A DNA stretch of 37,309 nt from Akkermansia muciniphila (GTDB taxonomy: Bacteria > Actinomycetota > Coriobacteriia > Coriobacteriales > QAMH01): positions 14,621 through 51,929 of the forward strand of contig CAVCDT010000002.1 of NCBI GenBank assembly GCA_963600995.1, written 5' to 3'. Both the position numbers and the translations under genes were made by a program. The notes under the pieces are model-generated. The model ran no database searches. It saw only the letters and a program-made list of their open reading frames with translations, and was not told where the DNA came from. Position 1 is the first letter of the stretch. The number at the start of each line of letters is the position of its first letter. This document shows positions 9,936 through 17,890 of the stretch, one piece after another.

Positions 9936-12900
9936 CGCAACGCCGGGCTCGACGGATGCGAGAACGAGGCGCTCACCAGCTTGGTGACCGCCTACGGCAA
10001 CGACGGGGAGGAAGTCGACGTGGCCTCGCTCGACAGCGACGCCTACGACGGCTACATCTTCGAGCTCAAGGACAACGCCCCTGCCTCGCTTTCAAGCGCG
10101 AGCGCGCTCGAGCAGTTCGACGGGCGCATCACCTACCATGAGGCATCCGGCCTCTACAGTGCGGATTCCCTGCAGAGCATCGACTCCTTTGTCGACGAAC
10201 GCTACATCGACAGCATCGAGCCCGACTACGTGGTCGAGGTCGCCGATGTCGACGAGGACGAGCTCGCGGCAGCCGTCGACACGCAAGAGAACTCCTCTAC
10301 GCCAGACGACCCCAAGTACAGCGACCAGTGGAACCTTACCCAGATGAACGTCAAGGGTGCATGGGAGAAGGGCCTCTACGGCCAGAAGGTCGACAAGAAC
10401 AGCAAGAGCAACGTGAAGGTCGCCATCGTCGACAGCGGCATCGTGGGCAGCGGCGGCGGCCAGTCGCATCACGAGGACCTCGATTACTCGCATGTCCTCG
10501 AAGGCGTCAACCTGGTCGACAACAAGGAGGGCACGCCCGATACGCTGGGGCACGGCACCTTCATCGCCGGCCTCATCGCTGCGAAGGCCAATAACGGTGT
10601 GGGCATCGCAGGTATCACGCCCGAGGTGGACCTCTATCCCGTGCGCATCTTTGGCTCGACGGGGCGCTGCTCTACGAGCACGGTTATCGACGGCGTCTAC
10701 GAGGCCATCAACGCCGGTGCAGACGTCATCAACCTGAGCTTGGGCAGCGAGTACTCCGAGTCGGACCTCGAGGAGGCCTGCCAAGCTGCAGTGAGCGCCG
10801 GCATCATCGTGGTCGCAGCAGCTGGCAACGACGGCAAGGCGACCAACAACTATCCCGCAGCCTACGACTGCGTGGTGGGCGTCGCCTCTACAGACCAAGA
10901 CGAGACGCCCTCGTACTACTCCAACTACGGCGAGGATAACGTCTGGGTCGCAGCACCCGGCGCCAAGGTCACCAGCCTGAGCAACACCTTCAACGGCAGT
11001 CAGTCCCAGTACACGAGCGGCAGCGGTACCTCGTATTCCTGCCCCGAGGTCGTGGCGCTGGGTGCCTTGAGCAAATCCGTCTTTGCGGATTTCACCCAAA
11101 ACGACTTCAAGGAGCTCATCAAAGAGACGGCGCGCGATAAGGGCGCAGAGGGCTACGACAAGTACTACGGCTGGGGCATCGTCGACTTCGGCGAGGCTGC
11201 CAGGGTCCTCATGGAGCGTTCCTATGTGCCCACCTACTATGTGGGCTTCAACATGACCGACCAAGACGGCGCTGCGCTTGACGGTGTGACGCTCAAGCTC
11301 GAGACGGCAGAAGACGTCGTGTGGGAGGATGACGACAGCGCGGGCATCACGGCTGGCACGTGGGCGAAGGGTACGGTGATCGAGCCCAGCTCGGACGGCA
11401 AGTACCATCTGCACAAGGGCACGTACAAGTACACGGCGAGCAAGGACGGCTACTTTACCAAGACGGCCACCTTCAACACCTATATGGAGCATCAGACGGA
11501 GTATGTGACCGTCGAGCGCAGCTTCGGGCTTTCCATCGACGTGGTCGATACCGCCGGTGACAAGCTGGACGGCGCCGTTATCTCGCTCAGGCGCGTAAGC
11601 GATGCCCTCGAGAGCACCATCAAGCAAAACAGCGAGGGCCTGTATGCGACGAACCTGCCTGGCGGCACCTACGAGTACTCGGTCGAGGTCGCAGACTACG
11701 AGACATCGAGGGGCTATCTCACCATCAGCGGCGCGGATCTTGCGACGCAGGTCCTCATGCATGCGACTGACGAGGTCTGCTATGTGAGCTTCGACTATCG
11801 CAGCGGCACGGCTGACGGCGATACTATCACCGGCGTGTCCGTTGCAGTCGAGGACAGCGCGGGCAACGCCGTGGTCGCTTTGGAGGATGGCAGCTACCAG
11901 CTTGCCCGCGGCGGCAAGTACTTCTATACGGCCACGCGCCCTGGCTTCGAGGACCAGACGGGCAAGTTCACGGTCGAAGACGTTGCAAAACAGACGGTGA
12001 GCGTCGTGATGACCCCGGCAGAGCATTTTGCCCAGCTGTTGGTCGTCAACGCGAAGGGCGAGCAGCTCGACGCCGCAGAGGTCGAGCTCAAGGATAAGGA
12101 CGGTAATGTCGTCGCCCCGGTCAAGACGAGCGCTGGCAAGTACAACCTCGCAACGCAGACCTATACCTACGCGGCCAACTGCGCCGGCTATGGCATGAAG
12201 AGCGGCAGCTTCAGCATCGCCTCCTCTGACAGCTACCGCGAGATCTCGATCGTGCTCAACCCCGCCACCTCGCAGGTGAGCGTGAGCGTTGTCGACAGCA
12301 GTAAAGTCGCAGTCAAAGGCGCTGCGGTAAGCGTCTTTGCTCTTGCGGGCGACGACTACCAGGTACCTGCCAAGGGCGATAGCACCAACACCTTCAATCT
12401 CGCGGTGGGCAAGTACCGCTGCTACGCGAGCGCCACCGGCTACAAGGTGGCCACCGCAGACTTCGAGGTCACGGCCGCAGGAGAGAGCAAGACGGTGGAG
12501 GTCGCGCTCGAGGCTAGCGAGGGCAGCGACAGCGGCTTCAGCGGCGGTACGGGTGCAGCCAAGGACCCCTACCTGATCACGACAGAGGCCCAGCTGCGCT
12601 CCATCGCGAGTGATACCAAGTTGCTGGGCTGCTCGTTCAAGCTGCTCAACGACATCGCACTGAGCGACGAAACTTGGAAGCCCATCGGCCAGTACGAGAG
12701 CGAAGACTCCAACGTCATGTTCACGGGCAGCTTCGACGGTGCCGGGCATACGGTATCCAACCTCAACGCAGAGGTGAGCTCCGGCTATGCGGGGTTCTTC
12801 GGCGCGGTGAAGTCCGCCACGATCGAAAATCTCGTGGTGCAGGGCAAGGTCTACGGCAAGGGCGAGAAAGGCGCCGGCGGCATCGCGGGTGGCGTTTACA

Positions 12901-15900
12901 ACGCTGCGGTTTCCGACGACGCAGATACCGCAACGCATATCGTCAACTGCGAGTTCAGGGGCGCGGTAACGGCCAAGACGCAGGCAGGCGGCATCGTGGG
13001 CTACGCCTACTCCCAATACGACAGCGACAAGATCAACATCTATATCGAGAACTGCGCCCATACCGTGGCGAACAACACCGAGCGCGTTCGTGCATACGAT
13101 TTGGACACCTCCCAGTACGGCGAGTATGCGGGCGGCATCGTCGGCAAGGCGCATGCGACCAAGGTGTACTCCTGCTACAACACATCTGATGTCATCGGCA
13201 GCAAGTACGTGGGCGGCGTCGCAGGCCTGTTGGGCGCCAACGCGGGCGCGTATTCCTGCTATAGCGTCGGGCAGCCGCAGCTGAGTCCCTCCTCGACGAA
13301 CCCGCTGGGTGGCATCGTGGGCACCTTGAAGGGAACCATCAAGAACAGCTACTGGCTCCAAGTCCAGGGCATCAACGGCAACGCGGGCACCAGCGAGGCT
13401 GGATCGGTCAACCCCACCAGCGGCAAGAAGGCCTCTGCCTCTATGAAGGAGGCGGCCTTCGCCGATGCGCTCAACCTGTGCGACGACAAGGCCCAAAGCG
13501 TCTACGTTGCCGTGAGCAGCGCGTATCCCAGGTTTGTCTGGCAGGAGGGCACGACGGCAGAGAAGAGTGCCGCCACCCCGGTGTTCACACAGCAGCCGCA
13601 GGGTGCGGATTACACCGTCGGCGCAACCGATGTCGCTAACCTCACGGCGCAGATCGCCGCTTTGGAGACTACCGGCACGGTGAGTTACCAGTGGTATCGC
13701 AACGATATGGCAAGCACCAAGGAGGCCGAGGCCATCAACGGCGCGTCCGGCACGATCATATCTGCGTCTGAGCTTGGTGCCATCAGCTACCAGCCCAGCG
13801 TGCAGGAGGCAGGCGTCTCGTACTACTACGTCGTGGTTACCAACGAGGAGACCGATGACGGCGGTGTGACGCGCCGCAGCTCGAGCCGCAGCAGCTTTGC
13901 CAAGGTGACGGTAAACGCCCTCGCCGCAGCCCAGACCCCTGTTATCAGCAGCGTGAGCGTTGTCGACAGTGCGGATGCTGTGATCGATGGCGAGCATAAG
14001 TACACGCAGAGCACGGCAACCGGCCATAAGCTGTCTGTGAGCGCGTCTGTTTGCGACAGCGGAGACCTGAGCTACCAGTGGTATAAGAGCCGCTATCTCA
14101 CTACCAAGGGCACGGCTGTGAGCGGGGAGACAAACGCCCAGATGTCTGTCGATACCGCTGTGGCGGGCAGTTATTACTACTACTGCAAGGTGACCAATAG
14201 CTTTAACGAGACGACGGCCACGGCCAACAGCGGCCGCATCCTTATCACGGTCGATGGCGTCAACACCCATAGCATCACCTATGTGCTGGGCGATGATGCA
14301 GCTGTCAACGCCTCAACGAACCCTGCAACGTACACCGAGGGCACAGAGGTCATCTTGGCCGAGCCTGAGCTCAAGGACCACAGCTTTGCCGGCTGGTACT
14401 TGAACGCGAGTTTCGAGGGCGACGCCGTGACCTCGATCGCGGCAAGCTCCACTACCGATATCACCTTGTATGCCAAGTGGGTCAAGAAGGACTCCGGCGT
14501 GGACCCGACGCCTACGCCCACCCCAACACCCACACCGACGCCCACCCCGACCCCTGCACCAGGTGACACGCTCACCATCACCACTGCTGACGAGCTTGCT
14601 GCGTTTGCAGCGAAGGTCAACGGCGGCGAGAGCTATGCGGGCAAGACTGTGACCCTGGCCAATGACGTGAGCCTTGCGGGCATCTCCAGCTGGACGGCGA
14701 TCGGCACGGCGTCCGCGCCCTTTGCGGGAACCTTCGACGGCGCCGGCCACAGCATCACCGGGCTTTCCATCACGAGTGATGCAAACGGCAACGTGGGCTT
14801 GTTCGGTTACAGCACGGGCACTATCTCTAACCTGAGCGTGAACGGCTCTATCGGCACCATCACGGGCGGAAGCTCCGGTAGCAAGAGCCTCGATAACATC
14901 GGCGGCATCGTGGGATGCAACGCCGGGACTGTGAGCAAGTGTTTCTCGAGCGTGACTATCACCGTTGCGAGCGAGAACATCTACGCCGTGGGCGGCATCT
15001 GCGGTCAGAACGCCGCAGGTGCGAGCATCTACCAGTGCGCCAACACCGGCAGCGTGACGGGCACCAAGTGCGTAGGCGGCATCTGCGGGCGCAGCTACGG
15101 CAGCATCTCGCAGTGCTACAACACGGCTGCGGTGACGGGCAACAGCGCGAGCATCGGCGCGAGCAAGCACAAGGACTGCATCGGCGGCATCTGCGGATCT
15201 GCCGGCAACAAGGACACGGCCCAGGCCAACAGCGTCGTCTCCTGCTACAACACGGGAGCCGTGAGCAATCCCAGCGGGCAATGGTTCGGCGGCATCGCGG
15301 GCTTTGCCGACAAGCTCACTACCCTCCAGGGCTGCTATGACACCGGTGCGATCGGGCAGGGCCATAGCGAGAGCTGGGAGTACAACCCCATCATCGGCAA
15401 GGTCGACTCTGCCTACAGCACCGTGAGCAACAACTACTCCCTCGAGGGCCTCACCGCGGGCAGCACGAGCGAGACCACCTTCAAGAGCATCACGGTTGGT
15501 ACGGTTCTCACGGCCGACCAGTTCAAGACGGCGGCATCCAAGCTCAACGGCTCCGGCTCTGCCTATGTGGACGGCACGGGCGGCTTCCCGCTCCTCGCTT
15601 GGCAGACGGGCAGCGCGCCTGCCCCTGCTGTGGATGTGAACACCGCGAAGACCGAGGCCAAGGCAGCCCTCCAAGCGCTTGTCGACGGCAGCGGCCTTAT
15701 GGGCGACAACCTGACTGCCGTGCAGAAGATCGCCGACGAGTACAAGGCCAAGGTCGATGCCGCTGCTACGGCAGAAGCCGTTGCATCCGAGCTTTCTGCC
15801 GGCAAGTCGGCTCTCCAAGCCAAGATCGACGAGCTCAGGCTCCCTGCAGCCAAGCAGGCGGCAAAAGACGCCCTCGCCAAGCTCCTCAAAGACCAGGAGG

Positions 15901-16577
15901 GTTTGGGCGCCGATAGCATCGCCGCAGTCCAGAAGGTGATCGACGCTTGCAATGCTAAAATCGATGCGGCGACCTCTACGGCAGAGCTCGACAAGATCGC
16001 AGCCGAGTCGACCGAGGCCGTCAAGAAGGCCGTCGAGGATGCCAAGGCGCAGGAGAAGAGCAAGACGCAGCTCTCTGGCGCGCTCGTCAAGCTCTCTGCG
16101 AGCAAGTTCGCCTACACGGGCAAGGATATCGAGCCCAAGGTCATGGTCGTGTGCGTAGGCCGTACGTTGGTCCAGGGCACGGATTACACCCTGAGCTTCA
16201 GCTTCAACAAGAACGTTGGCAAGGCGAGCGTCACGGTGACGGGCATGGGCCAATATGCGGGAAGCGTGACCAGGAGCTTCACTATCAACCCCAAGGCGAC
16301 CAAGGTCAAAAAGCTCGCAAGCCGCAAGGGCGCCCTCAAGGTCACCTGGGCCAAGCGCACGGCGCAGGCGAGCGGCTACCAGATCTGCTACAGCGCCAAG
16401 AAGTCGATGAAGTCCGCCAAGGTCATTACCATCGGCAAGACCAAGACGGTGAGCAAGACGATCGAGAAGCTCTCCAGCGGCAAGCGCTACTACGTCAAGG
16501 TACGCGTCTTCAAGAAGAGCGGCAGCTCTACGTTCTACAGCAGCTGGAGCAAGGCCAAGGCAGCGGTTGCCAAGTAG
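9828..16577 (+). CDS. Secreted 2249-aa subtilisin-family (S8) serine protease fused to a giant surface-protein scaffold. Order: signal peptide, pro-region, S8 domain, about seven PEGA/CarboxypepD_reg-like domains, GLUG module, Ig-like (YQWY) domains, Listeria-Bacteroides repeat, PT linker, second GLUG module, DUF1542-like helices, Ig/FN3-like Lys-rich C-terminus.
   Basis: ATG 9828 follows a GAGAGAGAGG purine tract. The N-terminus MKKRRIAAWASGGVVAVALAIAVAVPLAGGGAAASA is a signal peptide. The S8 triad motifs are VAIVDSGI, HGTFIAG and GTSYSCP. The repeat KGTYKYTASKDGY recurs. HSITYVLG ... FAGWY ... LYAKW is a Listeria-Bacteroides (Flg_new) repeat. The C-terminus KVTWAKRTAQASGYQICYS ... KRYYVKVRVFKK is FN3-like. 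Confidence 0.9.
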   Translation: MKKRRIAAWASGGVVAVALAIAVAVPLAGGGAAASARNAGLDGCENEALTSLVTAYGNDGEEVDVASLDSDAYDGYIFELKDNAPASLSSASALEQFDGRITYHEASGLYSADSLQSIDSFVDERYIDSIEPDYVVEVADVDEDELAAAVDTQENSSTPDDPKYSDQWNLTQMNVKGAWEKGLYGQKVDKNSKSNVKVAIVDSGIVGSGGGQSHHEDLDYSHVLEGVNLVDNKEGTPDTLGHGTFIAGLIAAKANNGVGIAGITPEVDLYPVRIFGSTGRCSTSTVIDGVYEAINAGADVINLSLGSEYSESDLEEACQAAVSAGIIVVAAAGNDGKATNNYPAAYDCVVGVASTDQDETPSYYSNYGEDNVWVAAPGAKVTSLSNTFNGSQSQYTSGSGTSYSCPEVVALGALSKSVFADFTQNDFKELIKETARDKGAEGYDKYYGWGIVDFGEAARVLMERSYVPTYYVGFNMTDQDGAALDGVTLKLETAEDVVWEDDDSAGITAGTWAKGTVIEPSSDGKYHLHKGTYKYTASKDGYFTKTATFNTYMEHQTEYVTVERSFGLSIDVVDTAGDKLDGAVISLRRVSDALESTIKQNSEGLYATNLPGGTYEYSVEVADYETSRGYLTISGADLATQVLMHATDEVCYVSFDYRSGTADGDTITGVSVAVEDSAGNAVVALEDGSYQLARGGKYFYTATRPGFEDQTGKFTVEDVAKQTVSVVMTPAEHFAQLLVVNAKGEQLDAAEVELKDKDGNVVAPVKTSAGKYNLATQTYTYAANCAGYGMKSGSFSIASSDSYREISIVLNPATSQVSVSVVDSSKVAVKGAAVSVFALAGDDYQVPAKGDSTNTFNLAVGKYRCYASATGYKVATADFEVTAAGESKTVEVALEASEGSDSGFSGGTGAAKDPYLITTEAQLRSIASDTKLLGCSFKLLNDIALSDETWKPIGQYESEDSNVMFTGSFDGAGHTVSNLNAEVSSGYAGFFGAVKSATIENLVVQGKVYGKGEKGAGGIAGGVYNAAVSDDADTATHIVNCEFRGAVTAKTQAGGIVGYAYSQYDSDKINIYIENCAHTVANNTERVRAYDLDTSQYGEYAGGIVGKAHATKVYSCYNTSDVIGSKYVGGVAGLLGANAGAYSCYSVGQPQLSPSSTNPLGGIVGTLKGTIKNSYWLQVQGINGNAGTSEAGSVNPTSGKKASASMKEAAFADALNLCDDKAQSVYVAVSSAYPRFVWQEGTTAEKSAATPVFTQQPQGADYTVGATDVANLTAQIAALETTGTVSYQWYRNDMASTKEAEAINGASGTIISASELGAISYQPSVQEAGVSYYYVVVTNEETDDGGVTRRSSSRSSFAKVTVNALAAAQTPVISSVSVVDSADAVIDGEHKYTQSTATGHKLSVSASVCDSGDLSYQWYKSRYLTTKGTAVSGETNAQMSVDTAVAGSYYYYCKVTNSFNETTATANSGRILITVDGVNTHSITYVLGDDAAVNASTNPATYTEGTEVILAEPELKDHSFAGWYLNASFEGDAVTSIAASSTTDITLYAKWVKKDSGVDPTPTPTPTPTPTPTPTPAPGDTLTITTADELAAFAAKVNGGESYAGKTVTLANDVSLAGISSWTAIGTASAPFAGTFDGAGHSITGLSITSDANGNVGLFGYSTGTISNLSVNGSIGTITGGSSGSKSLDNIGGIVGCNAGTVSKCFSSVTITVASENIYAVGGICGQNAAGASIYQCANTGSVTGTKCVGGICGRSYGSISQCYNTAAVTGNSASIGASKHKDCIGGICGSAGNKDTAQANSVVSCYNTGAVSNPSGQWFGGIAGFADKLTTLQGCYDTGAIGQGHSESWEYNPIIGKVDSAYSTVSNNYSLEGLTAGSTSETTFKSITVGTVLTADQFKTAASKLNGSGSAYVDGTGGFPLLAWQTGSAPAPAVDVNTAKTEAKAALQALVDGSGLMGDNLTAVQKIADEYKAKVDAAATAEAVASELSAGKSALQAKIDELRLPAAKQAAKDALAKLLKDQEGLGADSIAAVQKVIDACNAKIDAATSTAELDKIAAESTEAVKKAVEDAKAQEKSKTQLSGALVKLSASKFAYTGKDIEPKVMVVCVGRTLVQGTDYTLSFSFNKNVGKASVTVTGMGQYAGSVTRSFTINPKATKVKKLASRKGALKVTWAKRTAQASGYQICYSAKKSMKSAKVITIGKTKTVSKTIEKLSSGKRYYVKVRVFKKSGSSTFYSSWSKAKAAVAK
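10308..11210 (+). other. Peptidase S8 (subtilase) catalytic domain
   Basis: Asp codon 10431-10433 in VAIVDSG. His codon 10551-10553 in LGHGTFIAG. Oxyanion Asn in INLSLG. Ser codon 11031-11033 in SGTSYSCP. The order D-H-S is typical of subtilases. Confidence 0.85.
12541..13550 (+). repeat. GLUG-type repeat module A of the S8 protein
   Basis: The lead is DPYLITTEAQLRSIA ... GSFDGAGHTVSNL. GFFG / GGIAG / GGIVG / GGVAG repeats follow. The cap is YPRFVWQEG (Trp codon 13539-13541). Confidence 0.75.
14505..14561 (+). repeat. Coding (Pro-Thr)n linker, an imperfect CCN-ACN hexanucleotide repeat
   Basis: ccg acg cct acg ccc acc cca aca ccc aca ccg acg ccc acc ccg acc cct gca cca encodes about eight PT dipeptides followed by PAP. 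It separates the Listeria-Bacteroides repeat from GLUG module B. Confidence 0.9.
14562..15612 (+). repeat. GLUG-type repeat module B of the S8 protein
   Basis: The lead is TITTADELAAFAAKVNGG ... GTFDGAGHSITGL. GLFGY / GGIVG / GGICG (several) / GGIAG repeats follow. The cap is FPLLAWQTGS (Trp codon 15600-15602). Confidence 0.75.
15633..16065 (+). repeat. Two to three DUF1542-like alpha-helical repeats, paralogous to those at 8284-9165
   Basis: DVNTAKTEAKAALQALVDGSGLMGDNLTAVQKIADEYKAKVDAAATAEAVASELSAGKSALQAKIDELRL, followed by a second unit, AAKDALAKLLKDQEGLGADSIAAVQKVIDACNAKIDAATSTAELDKIAAEST. Confidence 0.6.
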
Positions 16578-16610
16578 GGGGCAACGGGCTTTGCCATAGC
16601 TGACCAGCAC

Positions 16611-16638
16611 GGGGCCGGTTCTTACGGGGACCGGCCCC
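16611..16638 (+). terminator. GC-rich hairpin downstream of the S8-protein gene
   Basis: GGGGCCGGT (16611-16619) pairs with ACCGGCCCC (16630-16638): a perfect 9-bp stem with a 10-nt loop, 34 nt after the stop. The downstream T content is weak (ACGTCTTGG). Confidence 0.5.
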
Positions 16639-16678
16639 ACGTCTTGGCTGAGGGCGCGCCCGCTTGGGCGCCTGCCGT

Positions 16679-16714
16679 TTGCCCTCGCCTGTCTGTAGCA
16701 CCCCGCGAGGGCAA
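16679..16714 (+). terminator. Second hairpin in the same intergenic gap
   Basis: TTGCCCTCGC (16679-16688) pairs with GCGAGGGCAA (16705-16714), followed by GTATTTG. The loop is large (16 nt). Confidence 0.3.
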
Positions 16715-16826
16715 GTATTTGCGGCTTATGGGGCTCTCAAGCCCCGCTCAACGGCATGCTTTTAGGCACTTCGAGCCTCGAGCGCTCCACCCGGCGCCGT
16801 GGATTTCAAAAACCTGAGATAGGGGA

Positions 16827-16855
16827 TTGTAAGGGGCTATTAATTTTGTTATCAT
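16827..16855 (+). promoter_or_regulatory. Putative sigma-70-type promoter for rplU-rpmA
   Basis: TTGTAA (16827-16832), a 17-nt spacer, then TATCAT (16850-16855). It sits in a locally AT-rich patch ~95 nt upstream of the rplU ATG. Confidence 0.5.
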
Positions 16856-16949
16856 TCGATGTCGCGTCTGTTACTGGTTTCGCGTAATTCCCTCACGCTA
16901 GATTAGTGCAGCAGCGCAATTCGGGTATTAGTTGAAAGGCAAAACCAGA

Positions 16950-17462
16950 ATGTACGCAATCATCAAAACCGGTGGCAAGCAGTACACCGTCAAGCCGGGC
17001 GACGTCATCGACGTTGAGAAGCTCGAGGGCGAGGCTGGCACTCAGATCGAGTTCCCCGTTCTCTTCCTCAACAACGGCACCGATGTCGTTACGGATGCAG
17101 ACGCTCTCGCAAAGACCACCGTCCTCGCAGAGATCGTCGATCAGCACAAGGGCCCCAAGGCCATCATCTTCAAGTTCAAGAAGCGCAAGGGCTACAAGCG
17201 CCTGCGCGGCCATCGCCAGAACCTGACCAAGGTCGTCATCACTGAGGTCGCTGGCGTCAAGGCAGAGCCCAAGGCTGCAAAGCCCGCTAAGGCAGAGGCT
17301 CCCGTCGAGACCAAGGCAGAGGCTCCTGCTGCAGAGGCCCCCGCTAAGGACCTGTCCAAAATGACTGTTGCCGAGCTCAAGGCATATGCCGCAGAGAAGG
17401 ATATCAAGGTTCCCTCCTCTGCTCGCAAGGCCGAGATCCTTGAGCTCATTCAGAACGCTTAA
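16950..17462 (+). CDS. rplU: 50S ribosomal protein L21 with a ~68-aa C-terminal extension
   Basis: MYAIIKTGGKQYTVKPGDVIDVEKLEG is the canonical L21 N-terminus. I chose ATG 16950 over the TTG at 16932 in the ORF track. rpmA follows after 20 nt. The product is 170 aa; the L21 core occupies roughly the first 100. Confidence 0.95.
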   Translation: MYAIIKTGGKQYTVKPGDVIDVEKLEGEAGTQIEFPVLFLNNGTDVVTDADALAKTTVLAEIVDQHKGPKAIIFKFKKRKGYKRLRGHRQNLTKVVITEVAGVKAEPKAAKPAKAEAPVETKAEAPAAEAPAKDLSKMTVAELKAYAAEKDIKVPSSARKAEILELIQNA

Positions 17463-17482
17463 GTTAAGGGAGGCGTAAGAGA

Positions 17483-17737
17483 ATGGCACATAAAAAAGGT
17501 CTGGGCTCCACCCGTAACGGTCGCGACTCCCGCGCACAGCGCCTGGGTTGCAAGAAGTTCGCTGGTGAGACTGTCCGCACTGGCATGATTCTCGTCCGTC
17601 AGCACGGCACCCACTTCCACCCCGGCGAGAACGTCGGCCGTGGCAAGGACGACACCCTGTTCGCTCTGGCCGATGGTACTGTCAAGTACACCAGGGGCGA
17701 CAAGCGCAGGGTTCACGTTATTCCTGCAGAGGCCTAA
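17483..17737 (+). CDS. rpmA: 50S ribosomal protein L27
   Basis: [28 protein letters not shown] ... is canonical L27 with no N-terminal propeptide. An AAGGGAGG Shine-Dalgarno sits at 17466-17473. Confidence 0.95.
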   Translation: MAHKKGLGSTRNGRDSRAQRLGCKKFAGETVRTGMILVRQHGTHFHPGENVGRGKDDTLFALADGTVKYTRGDKRRVHVIPAEA

Positions 17738-17759
17738 ACCCCTCCGCGACATAGCATGT

Positions 17760-17794
17760 AAGAGAGCTCCCGTCTGGGGGCTCTCTTCGTTTAT
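17760..17794 (+). terminator. Rho-independent terminator of rplU-rpmA
   Basis: AAGAGAGCTCCC (17760-17771) pairs with GGGGGCTCTCTT (17776-17787): a 12-bp stem with one G-U and a GTCT tetraloop, followed by CGTTTAT. Confidence 0.75.
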
Positions 17795-17890
17795 GGGCAT
17801 GCTGTGCCATTGGCCTGCAGGTTGCCAAGCCCCGTTGCGGCCGATGCTAAAATCTCTGGGTATCTCTTAGACAAAAGGAGCAACAGCGCT

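Noticed and set aside
10092-14270. A 1392-aa antisense ORF and many other very long minus-strand ORFs (e.g. 422-1675, 2297-3808, 4898-6922, 7016-8830, 14313-16640, 19897-20946, 21359-22681, 26093-28549, 28543-29691, 30796-32484).
   Set aside because: Each lies opposite a plus-strand gene with unmistakable family motifs. Their translations are Arg/Ala/Gly/Val/His-rich with no recognisable motifs and no SD. They vanish exactly where GC content falls. These are the hallmarks of stop-codon-poor shadow frames in high-GC DNA.
14505-14561. Short tandem CCN-ACN repeat considered as a CRISPR-like or phase-variable SSR.
   Set aside because: It is in frame inside a well-supported CDS and encodes a Pro-Thr linker. 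The units are imperfect at the DNA level. There are no spacers and no cas genes.
17738-17890. Possible glmS ribozyme in the rpmA-glmS spacer.
   Set aside because: After the rpmA terminator (17760-17794), only ~96 nt remain before the glmS start. That is too short for the ~170-nt ribozyme, and I could not find its conserved core. The glmS ribozyme is mainly a Firmicutes feature. A covariance-model scan would settle it.
17804-17890. Upstream extensions of ORF-track starts: glmS 17804, rplU 16932, acpS 19597, alr-like 21398, tsaE 23169, HlyD-like 24726, folE 32659, lipoprotein 35398, sigma 35962.
   Set aside because: In each case a downstream start codon with a Shine-Dalgarno match gives the canonical family N-terminus (e.g. 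MCGIVG, MYAIIKTGGKQ). The extension either overlaps the preceding gene or lacks an SD.
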